Assembly: GCA_017499595.2 (NCBI GenBank)
Contig: CM039001.1
Span: 1,054,001 to 1,118,000, forward strand
Source of the DNA: Psilocybe cubensis
Taxonomy: Eukaryota
Direction of reading: 5' to 3'
DNA length: 64,000 bases
Shown here piece after piece: positions 12,894 through 23,952 of the stretch (positions are counted from its first letter, which is position 1; every line of letters begins with the position of its first letter). The notes beneath the pieces are model-generated. The model searched no databases and had not been told where the DNA came from. It worked only from the letters and a program-made list of their open reading frames with translations. Position numbers and translations under genes: made by a program.

Positions 12894-15800
12894 CTACCCC
12901 GTGTCCTCGTCTTTTTTTCCCAGTTCTGAAGAAGGCGGAGTATCAGCGGGAGGAGAAGGCAACTCGGCGTCTTCTTTAGAAAGAGAAACTGCAAGCGCCG
13001 TTGTCGTAGAGGCCACTGCTAAACCGACCGAACCAAACTTGACCTTGATTTTCTTGGAAGGCGGGTCATCTCCAGCTTTGGATTTGCCCAGCGCTATCTG
13101 TGGCGTCTGCTTCTTGTTTGATTCTGCCTTCGGTGCCTTAGTGAGTCGGGTAAGAAGCTCATCGTCATCATCGTCGTCTTCCCGTCGTCTTTTTTCACTT
13201 GGTCGCAAGGGGGCGAGGGTAGGAGATGGTGATTGCGAACGCGCTCTCTGTGTCCGTGCAAGAGCTTCGAGGAGGTTGTCTTCTTCGTCTTCTTTATTAT
13301 AGCGCATTGGAGGTGGACCGGAAGACTCTATTACAGGAGAAACAGGTTGATCAGTGGGTCTTCGACTCGTCGTTGTAAAGTTTTCAGATGACGGTGACGT
13401 TGAACCTAAATCCGAAGCAGTTGGGCCTGATGTTGCTGGTAGGATTTCAGTCGCATCGGAAGAGCCTGATTCCTCATCTTCGTTGTCATCATCTTCATAG
13501 TCAAGTAAGGCGCTGAGCTGTGGTGCCTTAAGAGGGGGAGGTCGATAGCCTTTAGGTGCACTGGTAAGTCCTGGCCGCCGTTTTCGCTTCATGCCGGTAT
13601 TATTGGTCGACAGGGGTGAGACCACTGAAGATGCGTTCCCACCAGCAGACGACGCCCATTGCCGTTGCTGGTAGCTCGTAGGAACGAACCCACTCGTCGT
13701 CGAGATATATTCGTCATCTTCGTCGTCGTCCGCATTGAAATAGTCTTCCTCGGCAGTGTCAGGAACATGACCCGGGCCCGACCATCCTCGATCAAGACCG
13801 GATCTGAAATAAAGAGAAAATGACATCAATGGAAGCCGGATATTGAAAACGTGGAATGACATACTTGTCAGGGGGAGACGATACTTCAGGAGGCGGTGCA
13901 ATGTTCATTTCATGTCTCCGGATGAAAAGCTCAAAACGCTGGGCTCCGAGGGGAGTTTTCGAAAGTTTTTCAATCTCTGATTCGTGATGGACCATGCAAA
14001 ATTTGATCAAATCCTTCATATTTTCCTAGACCGTACAAAGGTCAGTTTAACAAGCCAGGTAGGCGAACTGAGAAGAGCGCACCCTGCGCATGTGTTCGAA
14101 ATACTCTTGACATGAGCAGCTCAGCAAATTGTCTCGCCGCGATTCTTTAAGGGTCAAATCAAGAATAGGCTTCAAGATATCATGCTTCATGATCTGAGTA
14201 TGAGAATTCGGGTTGCCTTGCTTTAGAAGCAAGCGGAAGATACGGAAGGCGGCTAGAAAAGAACATTCACAGTCAGCGGTCTGAAAATCCAGGAAATGTG
14301 CTGGGGGCTCACAGTGGCGCAAATGCTTATCTTTGGCCTTGAAAAGCGTGGCGATACGAGCGAGAATGTCGGTAGACATGATATAAAAATGGCTGCGGAA
14401 ATTGTGCTGTTGCAGAAAGTTATGCACCAGATCGCATAGGTAAACGAAACGATTCGTGGCATCTCTCGTAAGTGACAAGCTAGGTTCAGTGAAATTCTTC
14501 CATTCTGAGAGATCCAAAAGAGGTTTTAGGAGTGTCGATATGCAATGCTTGTAAAAATATTCGATGAAGCGTTCGGTGCCTGGCTCATCTTTACGGACCA
14601 TCGTAGGTAATTTAGGCCCGACCTGCAGTCACAATGATTAAACTTTTATTTACGATAATGGAAAAAGATCCTCACCTCGGAGCCTGATCCGGCTGTGCTG
14701 TCGATGGTGGGAGTGTCTAGCCACACCTTGAGAGCATCGCCGACTTGACTCTGTACCGCGAGATCCTTGCTCTTTGCCATAATTCGACAAAGTACATGCA
14801 AGAATGTCTCCGCCTTATCGGCACCTTTTTTTCCCGACTCCCGCTCCTTTTCGATTGCAACAGTCTGCTTCAGCACATGCGCCCTCACACCGTTGATATC
14901 ATGATCCAGCAGTGCCGATAACACCTCGCCTCCAGCACTGATCATCTGCTTGTTGGCGTCCACATTCTCCGGCAACTCCATTGCCCACTGCACAGCAAAT
15001 AAAACTCCGCGATCGACCAAGGTGCGAAAAAGCCCTATTCTCGCTGGCATTTGCACGTTCTTGCCCATTATTGCGAGCTGTTGGAGCAGCAGAACTACCT
15101 CTCTACGAAGTGCTATATCGTCTTCCGACAGATCGTCAGGTGGTGCAAATGCATATGAATTCGACCGTCTACCTCGACCATTAGTGTGGGCGCTAGTCCC
15201 ATTGACAGCTTTTGGACTTGACGCAGCGGGCTTCTGGTCTACATCCATTTGAGATGCATCTGTCTTGACGTTGTCACCATTTGTATTGAGGCTAATAACC
15301 AATGGTTGTGACTGCGAGGTAGGAGTTGAAGTTAGTGTTTGAGAAGAACTTGATGTTGAGGTGTCTGCGTGCGGATGTTGCTCATGGGTAAGCTGATTTG
15401 AAGATGCGGGAGCTTGAAGTTGTTGTTGTTGTTGCTGAGTTTGCAGGGTTGCCCGTCTTGCAGTCGAGCTGCCTCCTATCAGCATATCCTCATTTACAAA
15501 AAGCCGGACAACATCATGTAGAAATTGAGGTTCTTGCTGAATGTGCTGGATGATATCTATCTGATTGAAAATGATACATGAATTGAGGACATTAAATGTG
15601 GAGTCATCGAGGGCGCGGGCAAGGACGACATCTTTTAAAAATTGGAGGCGGTAGGTGTGGTGAATCTTCTTTTGTATACTGACATCGCGCATCGGGATAG
15701 GTTGGTGAAATTGAGCAGTGTTGTGAAGAAAGTCACGGTAGTTGGCCTTGTGTTGGGGGAAGTCTGGATCGTCTTCATGGTTTGCAATGACGTCAGAATT

Positions 15801-17462
15801 CGCGTTGCCGAGATACACATAAGCTTACATTCCAACATGCCGACGACACCAAAAAATATATCATCTTCCAAGATGTGTTCGTACATCGTGTGGTCGTTCA
15901 ACATCACTGATACAAATCGTTGGTATTAAAAATGGTATGCAGAAACGTGTTTTCTTACGTATTGATTGCATGAGACTACACAGGGCATGCAAATTCTCCA
16001 GGTTTTCCAAATCTTCGGCAGTATGCATGACTTTGATGAGAGCTTTGATGTAATTCTGAGCAACATGAATTGGAAATTAGAAAGCACATCAAATTTCACT
16101 TTGTAATAATGCGTTGCTTACCTCTCGCTGAATATAGTCGCATATCCTCTCTTTCACGGTCTGCGTCCTTGCCAATGCTTTGATTGCTCTCTCAATTTCG
16201 CTGATGATCCCTAGCTGCGGCGGCGGAAGGTGTCCAGATCGAATGATGCTGGACGTTGTAACTGAAGTCTCTCCTAGTAGAGGCGAAGATACGACAGTCG
16301 GGTCGTCTGATAACCAATTTTAGATTTCATATCCGAAGGACGATGAGAAGGCGACTGACCAGACATATTCATATGGCGTTGTACTTCCTGAATGAACGCC
16401 CAGGTCTCTGCACAACCTTCTGGATCTTGAAAACTGAGGGCGTAATCAACACCATCAGGTTCGGTCCATACGATAAGTGTATCTACGAATATGTTTATTA
16501 GAAATTTAGAAATACAAGTCAATGATTTATTGTGAATGGTCGTGTGCGCTGTTCCCAGAAAGCGCGTGTCGGCCGCTCCCAAAAAACGTCACCGATAGCT
16601 CACCTTGCTGACGCTGATACACATCATTCGACCGAATAGCTGTCGATAGAATGACTTGGTTGGGGTTTCGTTCAGACCGAGCCACAAGAAGAGCGTCGCT
16701 CGTTTCTTCTGAGATCTGGCCATAGCAGAAAGCAGTTCCTTGGTCTATCCATCGTGATCCGGTCAACTGGTAGACCTGAGAAGAGATGTCAGCGAGTGTA
16801 AGGTGTGACAAATATGGGTCGCTGGTGCCATGAGTTGGAAGTTTGCGTCTGGTGGCACAATGAAATTACTCGAGACAAGCTTCTTCCAATATGGACATAG
16901 GAGCGATAAGGGGGATTGGGGGAAATTGGAGAACAGAAAATAGGACAGTGCGCACCTTTACGCGTTTCAATTCATGATCAGATTCCGGCAGCCAATCCCC
17001 ACCTTCGTCAGTCATGATCAAGCCTCCGTCGCCTAGACCAGGATCATGGGTTGGTGTATGTTCAACCAAGTCAATCTGACCATTGACATGCCTCAACAGA
17101 ACCTCCCCGTCTTCTTTAATTATGGATGTATCAGCCTCTACGTTCTCCGTCTCCGAGTGTCCGCCTTTGTCTTGAGCGACGCCAATTACTTCCGTCGTCT
17201 GAACGAATTCGCCTTCCGTTTGCGGACTCTCGGTCGCAGGATGAAGCGATGCTGAATGAGAAAGATCGTCCGGGGCGATATTTGCCACGGCTGTAGCAGC
17301 TGGATCCTGATCTACGGATGAGTGCGAGTCCTGAAGAGACGAGTGTGAATCGAGAATGGTGGTGGAACCAGCACCAATGGGATGCGCCGCGCCCGCGAGA
17401 GAGTTGGTGGATGTGTGAAGGAGAGACTGTGGATCCGTGGACGCGCTGGCGAGGCCGTTCAT
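12894..17462 (-). CDS. PSY2: Protein phosphatase 4 regulatory subunit 3 (Psy2/SMEK, EVH1-like plus DUF625 domains), multi-exon
   Basis: LKRVKVYQLTGSRWIDQGTAFC, YQRQQ|DTLIVWTEPDGVDYALSFQDPEGC, IHHTYRLQFLKDVVLARALDD, RRDNLLSCSCQEYFE. Confidence 0.92.
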
Positions 17463-17670
17463 GGGCAGCGACTCGAAATAACGGCCGGGGGAGAAGTCGA
17501 GACGAGAAAAATGAACGGAGAGTGACAGAGAACACTCGGGTCGTGGGTAACTTTCCGCCAAATAAACCACCGGTCCGCTTGTCTCGAAATATCCCCAGGA
17601 ACCATTAATTATGTAATCACCAAAAAATCCCTTTTTTCAGCACAGCCGCTGTTCAACCCAGACATCGACC

Positions 17671-18442
17671 ATGGACAACAGGTCCACGTCCTACATCACC
17701 CTCGCCGCCGTCTCCCTTGCCGCCGGTCTTGCAGCCTATGCTGTATACTTCGACTACAAGCGGAGGAACGATGTCGAGTTCCGCAAAAAGCTCAGTATGT
17801 TGCTGTCACTGCCACTGCCCCCGCCTGCCACAATTGACGCCTTGCTGCAGAAAAGGAGAAAAAACGCGTCGAGAAAGCCGTAGCCCAGAGCAAACAGAGC
17901 GAGCTCGCAGAGTCCTCGGGTGAAATTGACGAGCAGGCCCTCCGCGAAGTCATCAAAACAATTCGGAGTGAACCAGGTCCCCAGACCTCGGACGAAAAAG
18001 AGGGCTACTTCATGTCCCAAGTCAGCATCGGCGAACAACTCTCTCTTCAAGGTATCCTATGCGCGTTTTTTCTTTAGGAGAATGAGGACTCATGTTTTAT
18101 TAGGCCCCAGGATGTACTTGCCAGCTGCAGCTGCCTTCTTTCGGGCGCTCCGAGTGTACCCTTCCCCCGTCGAGCTTATTGGTATCTATGAAAAGACGAT
18201 TGTTGATCCTGTTTTCAAGGTGTGCTGCACACTTTTCCCGCTTGCGTATTATTCACCGACAACATTATTCACAGCTGGTCATGCAATTAACTCAGTTAGA
18301 CGTAAGTGATTTTAATTCACCAATACATAACAACATGTTAGATCTCGACGACAACGCTACTCCACCTAGGGGCCCTCCGTCTGAGACCTCCTCTCAGGAA
18401 TGGGACAAATTGACGGATCCCGACTCTCATCCATCAGCCTAA
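17671..18442 (+). CDS. TOM20: Mitochondrial import receptor TOM20 (MAS20), short isoform ~202 aa; exons 17671-17794, 17851-18051, 18104-18219, 18275-18442
   Basis: N-terminal TM followed by YAVYFDYKRRNDVEFRKKL; TPR-like YFMSQVSIGEQL...AAAAFFRALRVYPSPVELIGIYEKT; stop TAA 18440-18442. Confidence 0.85.
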
Positions 18443-18673
18443 GTTGTTGGGAAGGAATGAGCACTGCCCCAGCAGTTTTCAAAATTGGGATTACGTCATT
18501 CATGATTGCTGGCACGTCTCGCGATAGAAGGAGAGAAGAGTCGAGATGAAAGTAGTGCGTTCGTAGAAGATATTAACAATCATACCCCCTCCTATCCCTT
18601 TTCACATCCGTTTTGCAACACATTTTCTAATACATCTGTTGCATATTCTCGTCCTATTCTTGATGGTTCCCAG

Positions 18674-20128
18674 GTTAAACATCGAATCGAAGGTGCGCCT
18701 TACATCGATGTCTGAGTGTGCTTCAACGACTGAGTGGTCCCGTGCTTTAAACTCCAGCCTACTACGATAATTTCCCACCTAAACGAACCAATGTATCTGT
18801 TGTCAGCCGCGAAATAACGCCGGGACAGGGTAATAGGCAGGTCCTTGTCGTGGATAAGGACTTTGTTGCTGGAGAAGTTATCTACAAGGTTTTAATTAGC
18901 AAAATTCTCGAAGCGACAATGCATCCTGAAAGCCTTTATTTCCAGGAATTCCCCGTAGTCACCGCTCTAGATTCAGACCTTCAAGAAAAGGGGACTCACT
19001 GCGCCCATTGTCTTCGCCCCATCCAACCAGGAATGTCACTACAAGACCCTTCGGACACCAGCAGTCCATTCCGCCTGACATACTGCTCCAAAGCCTGCAT
19101 GATTGCATCCAAAAACCAGTACCACTCGCTTCTGTTCTCCTTAGAGAATCCCTTGCCCGCTGAAATCCCCACAATAGCTCAGACCCAGGAAGAGGTAAAC
19201 AAACGCGCCGCGGCTCAATCTGATTTCGCCGACTTCATCAAGGGCGAACACCGTCTTGCCCCGCTTCTGGTTGCGCGCTTCATCGCGCGTCAGGTCGCTG
19301 GAGAAACCCAAAAATTAGTCTCGGTTACAGCATCCGGCATGTCTGCGACCTCATCTACTGACGACTTCACCGACGCCGACCACCCCATTGAGAAGTATGT
19401 CCTTGCTGACCATCTCGAGCGCCTCAGGTACCTTGAAATTCCAACGAATTCAACGGAAACCAAGCTCCTGTCTGATGTACTCTCAACTGCCCTTCCTGGC
19501 CTGGAAGCATTCATCACCGAGGAAAAGTATGCAACTTCGTGCGGTAAAATGGCTTACAATGCCTTTGGTGTATGCTTTGGCGGAGGACGCGATGACCGAG
19601 TACGTCATCATTCCTCTCTCATTATGGTCAATATATCTTTTGCTCATCATTGGTTAACTCTAGCCCGAGCCCGCTGCTCGCCCGGAAGACGTCGAGAAAA
19701 CGCGGACACCCTATGGAACTCACCGCCAAATCGGCAGTGCATTGTATACCGTTTCTTCATACCTCACACACTCCTGCAAACCCTCCGCGCGCCCCTCCTT
19801 TAGCTCTGGCACCGCGGAAATCTCGATCATTGCTAACCGTGACCTCAAGAAGGGTGACGTGCTCACCGTCGCGTTCGTTGATGTTACACAGCACCCCGAC
19901 GAATCTGTTATCGAGTGTAGACGTCGTAGACGCTTCGAGCTTGCCCGTGGCTGGAGGTTTTCCTGTGCATGCGAGAGGTGCATCGAAGAGGCTCAAGCAC
20001 TTACGGCTGAGGAGAAAGGGAGTGCGTCTGAGGAGCAGATGAAAGACGAGTCGAAGGTTGAGGCTTCCATAAGAAACTTTGCGAAGTCTGAACAAGTGAC
20101 TCAGTCCGAAGAGACCATTGACGCTTAA
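18674..20128 (+). CDS. MYND-like/SET domain (SMYD/Set5-like) exons 18674-18692, 18758-18888, 18946-19599, 19664-20128; apparently the C-terminal part of a TOM20-SET long isoform
   Basis: LVVDKDFVAGEVIYKEFP, CAHC...YCSKAC, YLTHSCKPSA, ANRDLKKGDVLTVAF, post-SET FSCACERC; no convincing own start, and an in-frame splice from the TOM20 donor at 18302. Confidence 0.8.
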
Positions 20129-20700
20129 TCTGTTTTTTATTGGTCGATGTTGTGTTATTGATGTTGCCGCGACCCTCACTACATGATATGGTTGTTCAGA
20201 GGTGGATTATTCACAAGAGATCGATGTTCATCTGCTGAATAGTACCACCACTCCTCATAATGCAAAATAATAATAACGTAGTATTTGTTAATTTGTGGTG
20301 CTATTGAAAGCAATCAAATCATGCAAATTAAAAATTTACAAGTACAGTAAAAAGAAGGTGGTAGAAAGCTAGGTATCCCAAAGTAGTAAAAGAAAGCATA
20401 TGCCACGAGAGCAATACAAATGAAGAGTCAACAAGTATAATACAGCGTGCAAAAGAACGAATGGGCACAATGAAAAATGAATAAAGAGATAAAGAAATAA
20501 CCAAAGTTCAAAACAATGTTAGAAAACAAGACAGCTATTATAAACAATAAGGTGTACAATGTACCACTATGTGTTGATGAAGAAAGGATGTTCAGCCAAT
20601 CTGCATCATTTGTTATATGATAAATAAGACGAAAGAATGTATGCTTAATTTATTTCAACAAAGTGGGATCCTCTCAACCTGGGATTGGGTTGAATGTGGG

Positions 20701-23605
20701 TCATGCCAAACTTCTCCACATCCCTTCTTCAGGTATCGCGTTTCGAGCTTGAATTATTTTTAGAGCATGTTTGCGAGCCTTCTGTCCAACTTCCGAAGAA
20801 ACGGGACCCGCCTCATCGCCATCGTCATCATCTTCGTCTTCATCATCCTCGGGAATCGTGAAGTCCAGGGCGGGACCTGGATCCTGGCCACGATTTCGAT
20901 CCCGCTCTGCATATGCTAAATCACGAATAGCAGCAGCTGAAAGTTGCTTGCTATTAACACTGAAAGATGGAACACTCGCGAGAGCTTTGTTTGGCATGGC
21001 AGAAGGGACAATATAAGATGCAAGGGAAAGGGGCTCCTTTTGCTTAGGTCGCATGACCTCGATGCGCAAAGAGCCGGGTAAACCACGCTCAGCGTATGTT
21101 CGATATTCATCTGTACAGAAATTATTAACTAGACACGATAGTATATGAATACAAAGAACAAACAAACCTTCTTTGTCGTCTTCAACGTCGAGCATGAGCA
21201 CCTTTGCCTTTGTTTCGAATTTCACCCCCTTGGATTTTGTTCCGGTGGGAGATATGGAACCAGCCTTCGATGGCTCAGTTGAGTCATCAGCTCCCTTGTT
21301 CGATGTATCGGTAGACTTGTCTGGCACTGAAATTTTCTTTGAATTCTGTCGCCGTGTAAATATTTGCCATGCCTTACTATTTGGCGCCCATGCCCCACGA
21401 TGACTCGGGGTCTCAGCTGCAACCAATTTCAGAAGAGCCGCGTCGGTTTCACTCAGAGGAACGGCGGGCGATGTCGTGACGCGCGAGGTACCTTCATTCC
21501 GTGCGAGACTTGTGGAGGGCCGAGAGAAAGGTAACATACCCTGTGACGACGAATCCACACCTGGCTGACTTCTGACTGGACGGATATTCGACGGAGCGGG
21601 TAGAGAAGCCGGACGCAATGATGCAAATGCCTCAAAGGCAGGGTTGGGACGTTTGCTGCGAATATTGATTGGGCGAGGGATAGATTGTTCAAGGAGTGGA
21701 AGAGTATTATGTCGATCATTAGTCGATTTCTCCATCGACTCTTCTCCGTCAATGTCTTCCAATGGGAAGAGCATTTCTAAAACCAAACAAAAATAAAATG
21801 TCAACAGATGTTCCTTTAGTTTTGAATGAGACAAAGAAATAACCTCTAGATTCAGATTCTCCTGCAGTAGTCTCCCCTTCCGTACTCTCTCCATCACTCT
21901 GGGCAGTCATCACAGCGGGTGCGACATCAAAAGTGACCTTCCTCTTGCCCTTGTCGCGGCCGCGTGTTGGAAGTCCATCACCATCATGTTTAACAGGTTT
22001 CTCAGCAAGAGTCTCCTTGGTTTGATGCGTTGTGGAAATTGATTCACTTCCTGCATCCTCAACTTGATCAGCATGATCTGCTGAAGCAGCTAGTCCCCGT
22101 TGCCTCCTAGACAGTTCTTCCTCTTTGAGGCGCTTATGTCGAGCCATTTCCTCTTCGAGATTAAGGAAATACCGATAGCTTTGTTGTGTATTAAGATTTT
22201 CATCCAGATTTCTCTTAAACTCCTGAGTACTGATGCCTGCCGTACGAGGACGAGTTAGTGTTGACGATCCAGATCTTGGCGTTGATAAGGTGCTCGAGCT
22301 AGCTTCATTGGCAACGCCATCGGATTCCGCCTCAATCTGATCCCGCCGAGTATTCCTCGGGTGGTGGAAACCAGAATTGGCCAAGGATGCTGAGAGAGCA
22401 GACACCCGCGGAAGAGATTGGGAAATAGTGGAGAGGTTCGAAGATACGCGTTGGGGGACAAAACTTGTGATCTTGACAGATGAAGATACTTCTGAGCCTG
22501 TACGGGAGCTGCCTGGAGCAAACAAATCGAGGTCTTTGCCCTGTCCAGCGCTGGATGGCGAGCGGACGGAATTGCCACCATTACTCCGTTCTTCTTGTAT
22601 TGCATTAAGATGCTCCCTATAGTCTCTCCATAGGCCATCTACCTGACTTTTCAGTTCCTTTTCTTTCATCTCGATGCCGGCAGTCTCGGCCTTTACGAAA
22701 TCTCGTATACGCTGTTCTGCACTCGCACGTAATGCCTGCGATTCTTTCGTAGCTAGCCCTGCCAGTAGGACGAAGATAGGATGTGAAGATGTGTATGGGG
22801 GTGGCAAGAACAACGGTGGCAAATTGGAGAGGTACGAAGGGGGTTCATCGGATGATGGTTTTGTAAGATAGATGGTCTCTTCCTCGTCCACTACTGGCGA
22901 AGGGTTACGAGATGGGAGCAAAAGAGATAGATAGGGAGCATAAGATGTCGACTTTTCCGCTTGAGATATGTTCTCCCCAATCTATTTTAAATATTAGAAC
23001 GAGTCAGATAAAATCGACGCCTTTCGTGAAATTGCGAGGGCAAAAAATGCAAAGTCGACACCATCGTCCAAAATTTAGGTCAAAGAGCATATAAAGTCCT
23101 CTGACGTGCTATTGAACCAAGAATCACAGTCAGAACAATACTCACTAGGGTATCCTTATGCACCTCAATCCATCCAGTAGCGCTCTTCATGATCTCATGC
23201 TCTACCCAATCTTCCGTGGGCAGCAAAGTCGAATCGTTCCCTTCAACATCAGGTGAAATGATCTGGTAAACGCGATAAACATGCAGATTGCACAAAAGGC
23301 ACGCCAAAGTAGTAAAACGAGAGCATTTGGTAGTGCCTGATACAGGCATTGGTTTGGACGGAATGCGAACGGTAACCTGAGGATGAGTCTAGAAAAGATA
23401 AACAATCTTTAGGACAGCCACTTGTCAATATCTTGACCAAAGAACATACCACAGAAATTCCATCGTCCTGAACGAAGACTGGGGTGTATTGTGGATCGCT
23501 TGGACATTCAGGAGCAGCGGAAGAGGGCTGGGAGGTATTTATGCGAACATTTAAACATTTACAAGCGTAAAAAGTGGCCAGTCCCTCGGAAATGGCGCTG
23601 GCCAT
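20701..23605 (-). CDS. Hypothetical protein with N-terminal Cys motifs (CKC, CLLC), coiled-coil and disordered regions; multi-exon
   Basis: Chain of minus-strand ORFs joined by short GT-AG introns, from MASAISEGLATFYACKCLNVRI to ...IPEEGMWRSLA*. Confidence 0.7.
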
Positions 23606-23952
23606 AGGACGGCTGAATGAAATGGGTTGGTGGTGAGGAATGTCGTTGTGGGCGTCGGACGTGGTTTTGTGTCAAGGCCTATATTCGGAGTGAGCGGACC
23701 CGGATCGGGCACCCGGAACTTGAAGCGGACAACGAATCTGACATTGAAAATGCCAAGTACCAAGAAAATGTGTCCCATTGTTCTTAGATTGCTCCCATCG
23801 CACCCGTAATTCATCGATCTCACCCGGTCATGCTCCGTCCACGCGCCGACAGCACACTGTACATACAACCTCTATCTATGGTTCCCATTTCTCATATAAT
23901 ATTGTCAAAGTACACACAGGGTCTTCTCATTTCCCCGAAGAAATAAATAGTG

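Noticed and set aside
18302-18341. Possible 40-nt intron in the short TOM20 tail
   Set aside because: Shorter than the other introns in the window, and it shifts into a less plausible frame than the acidic read-through tail.
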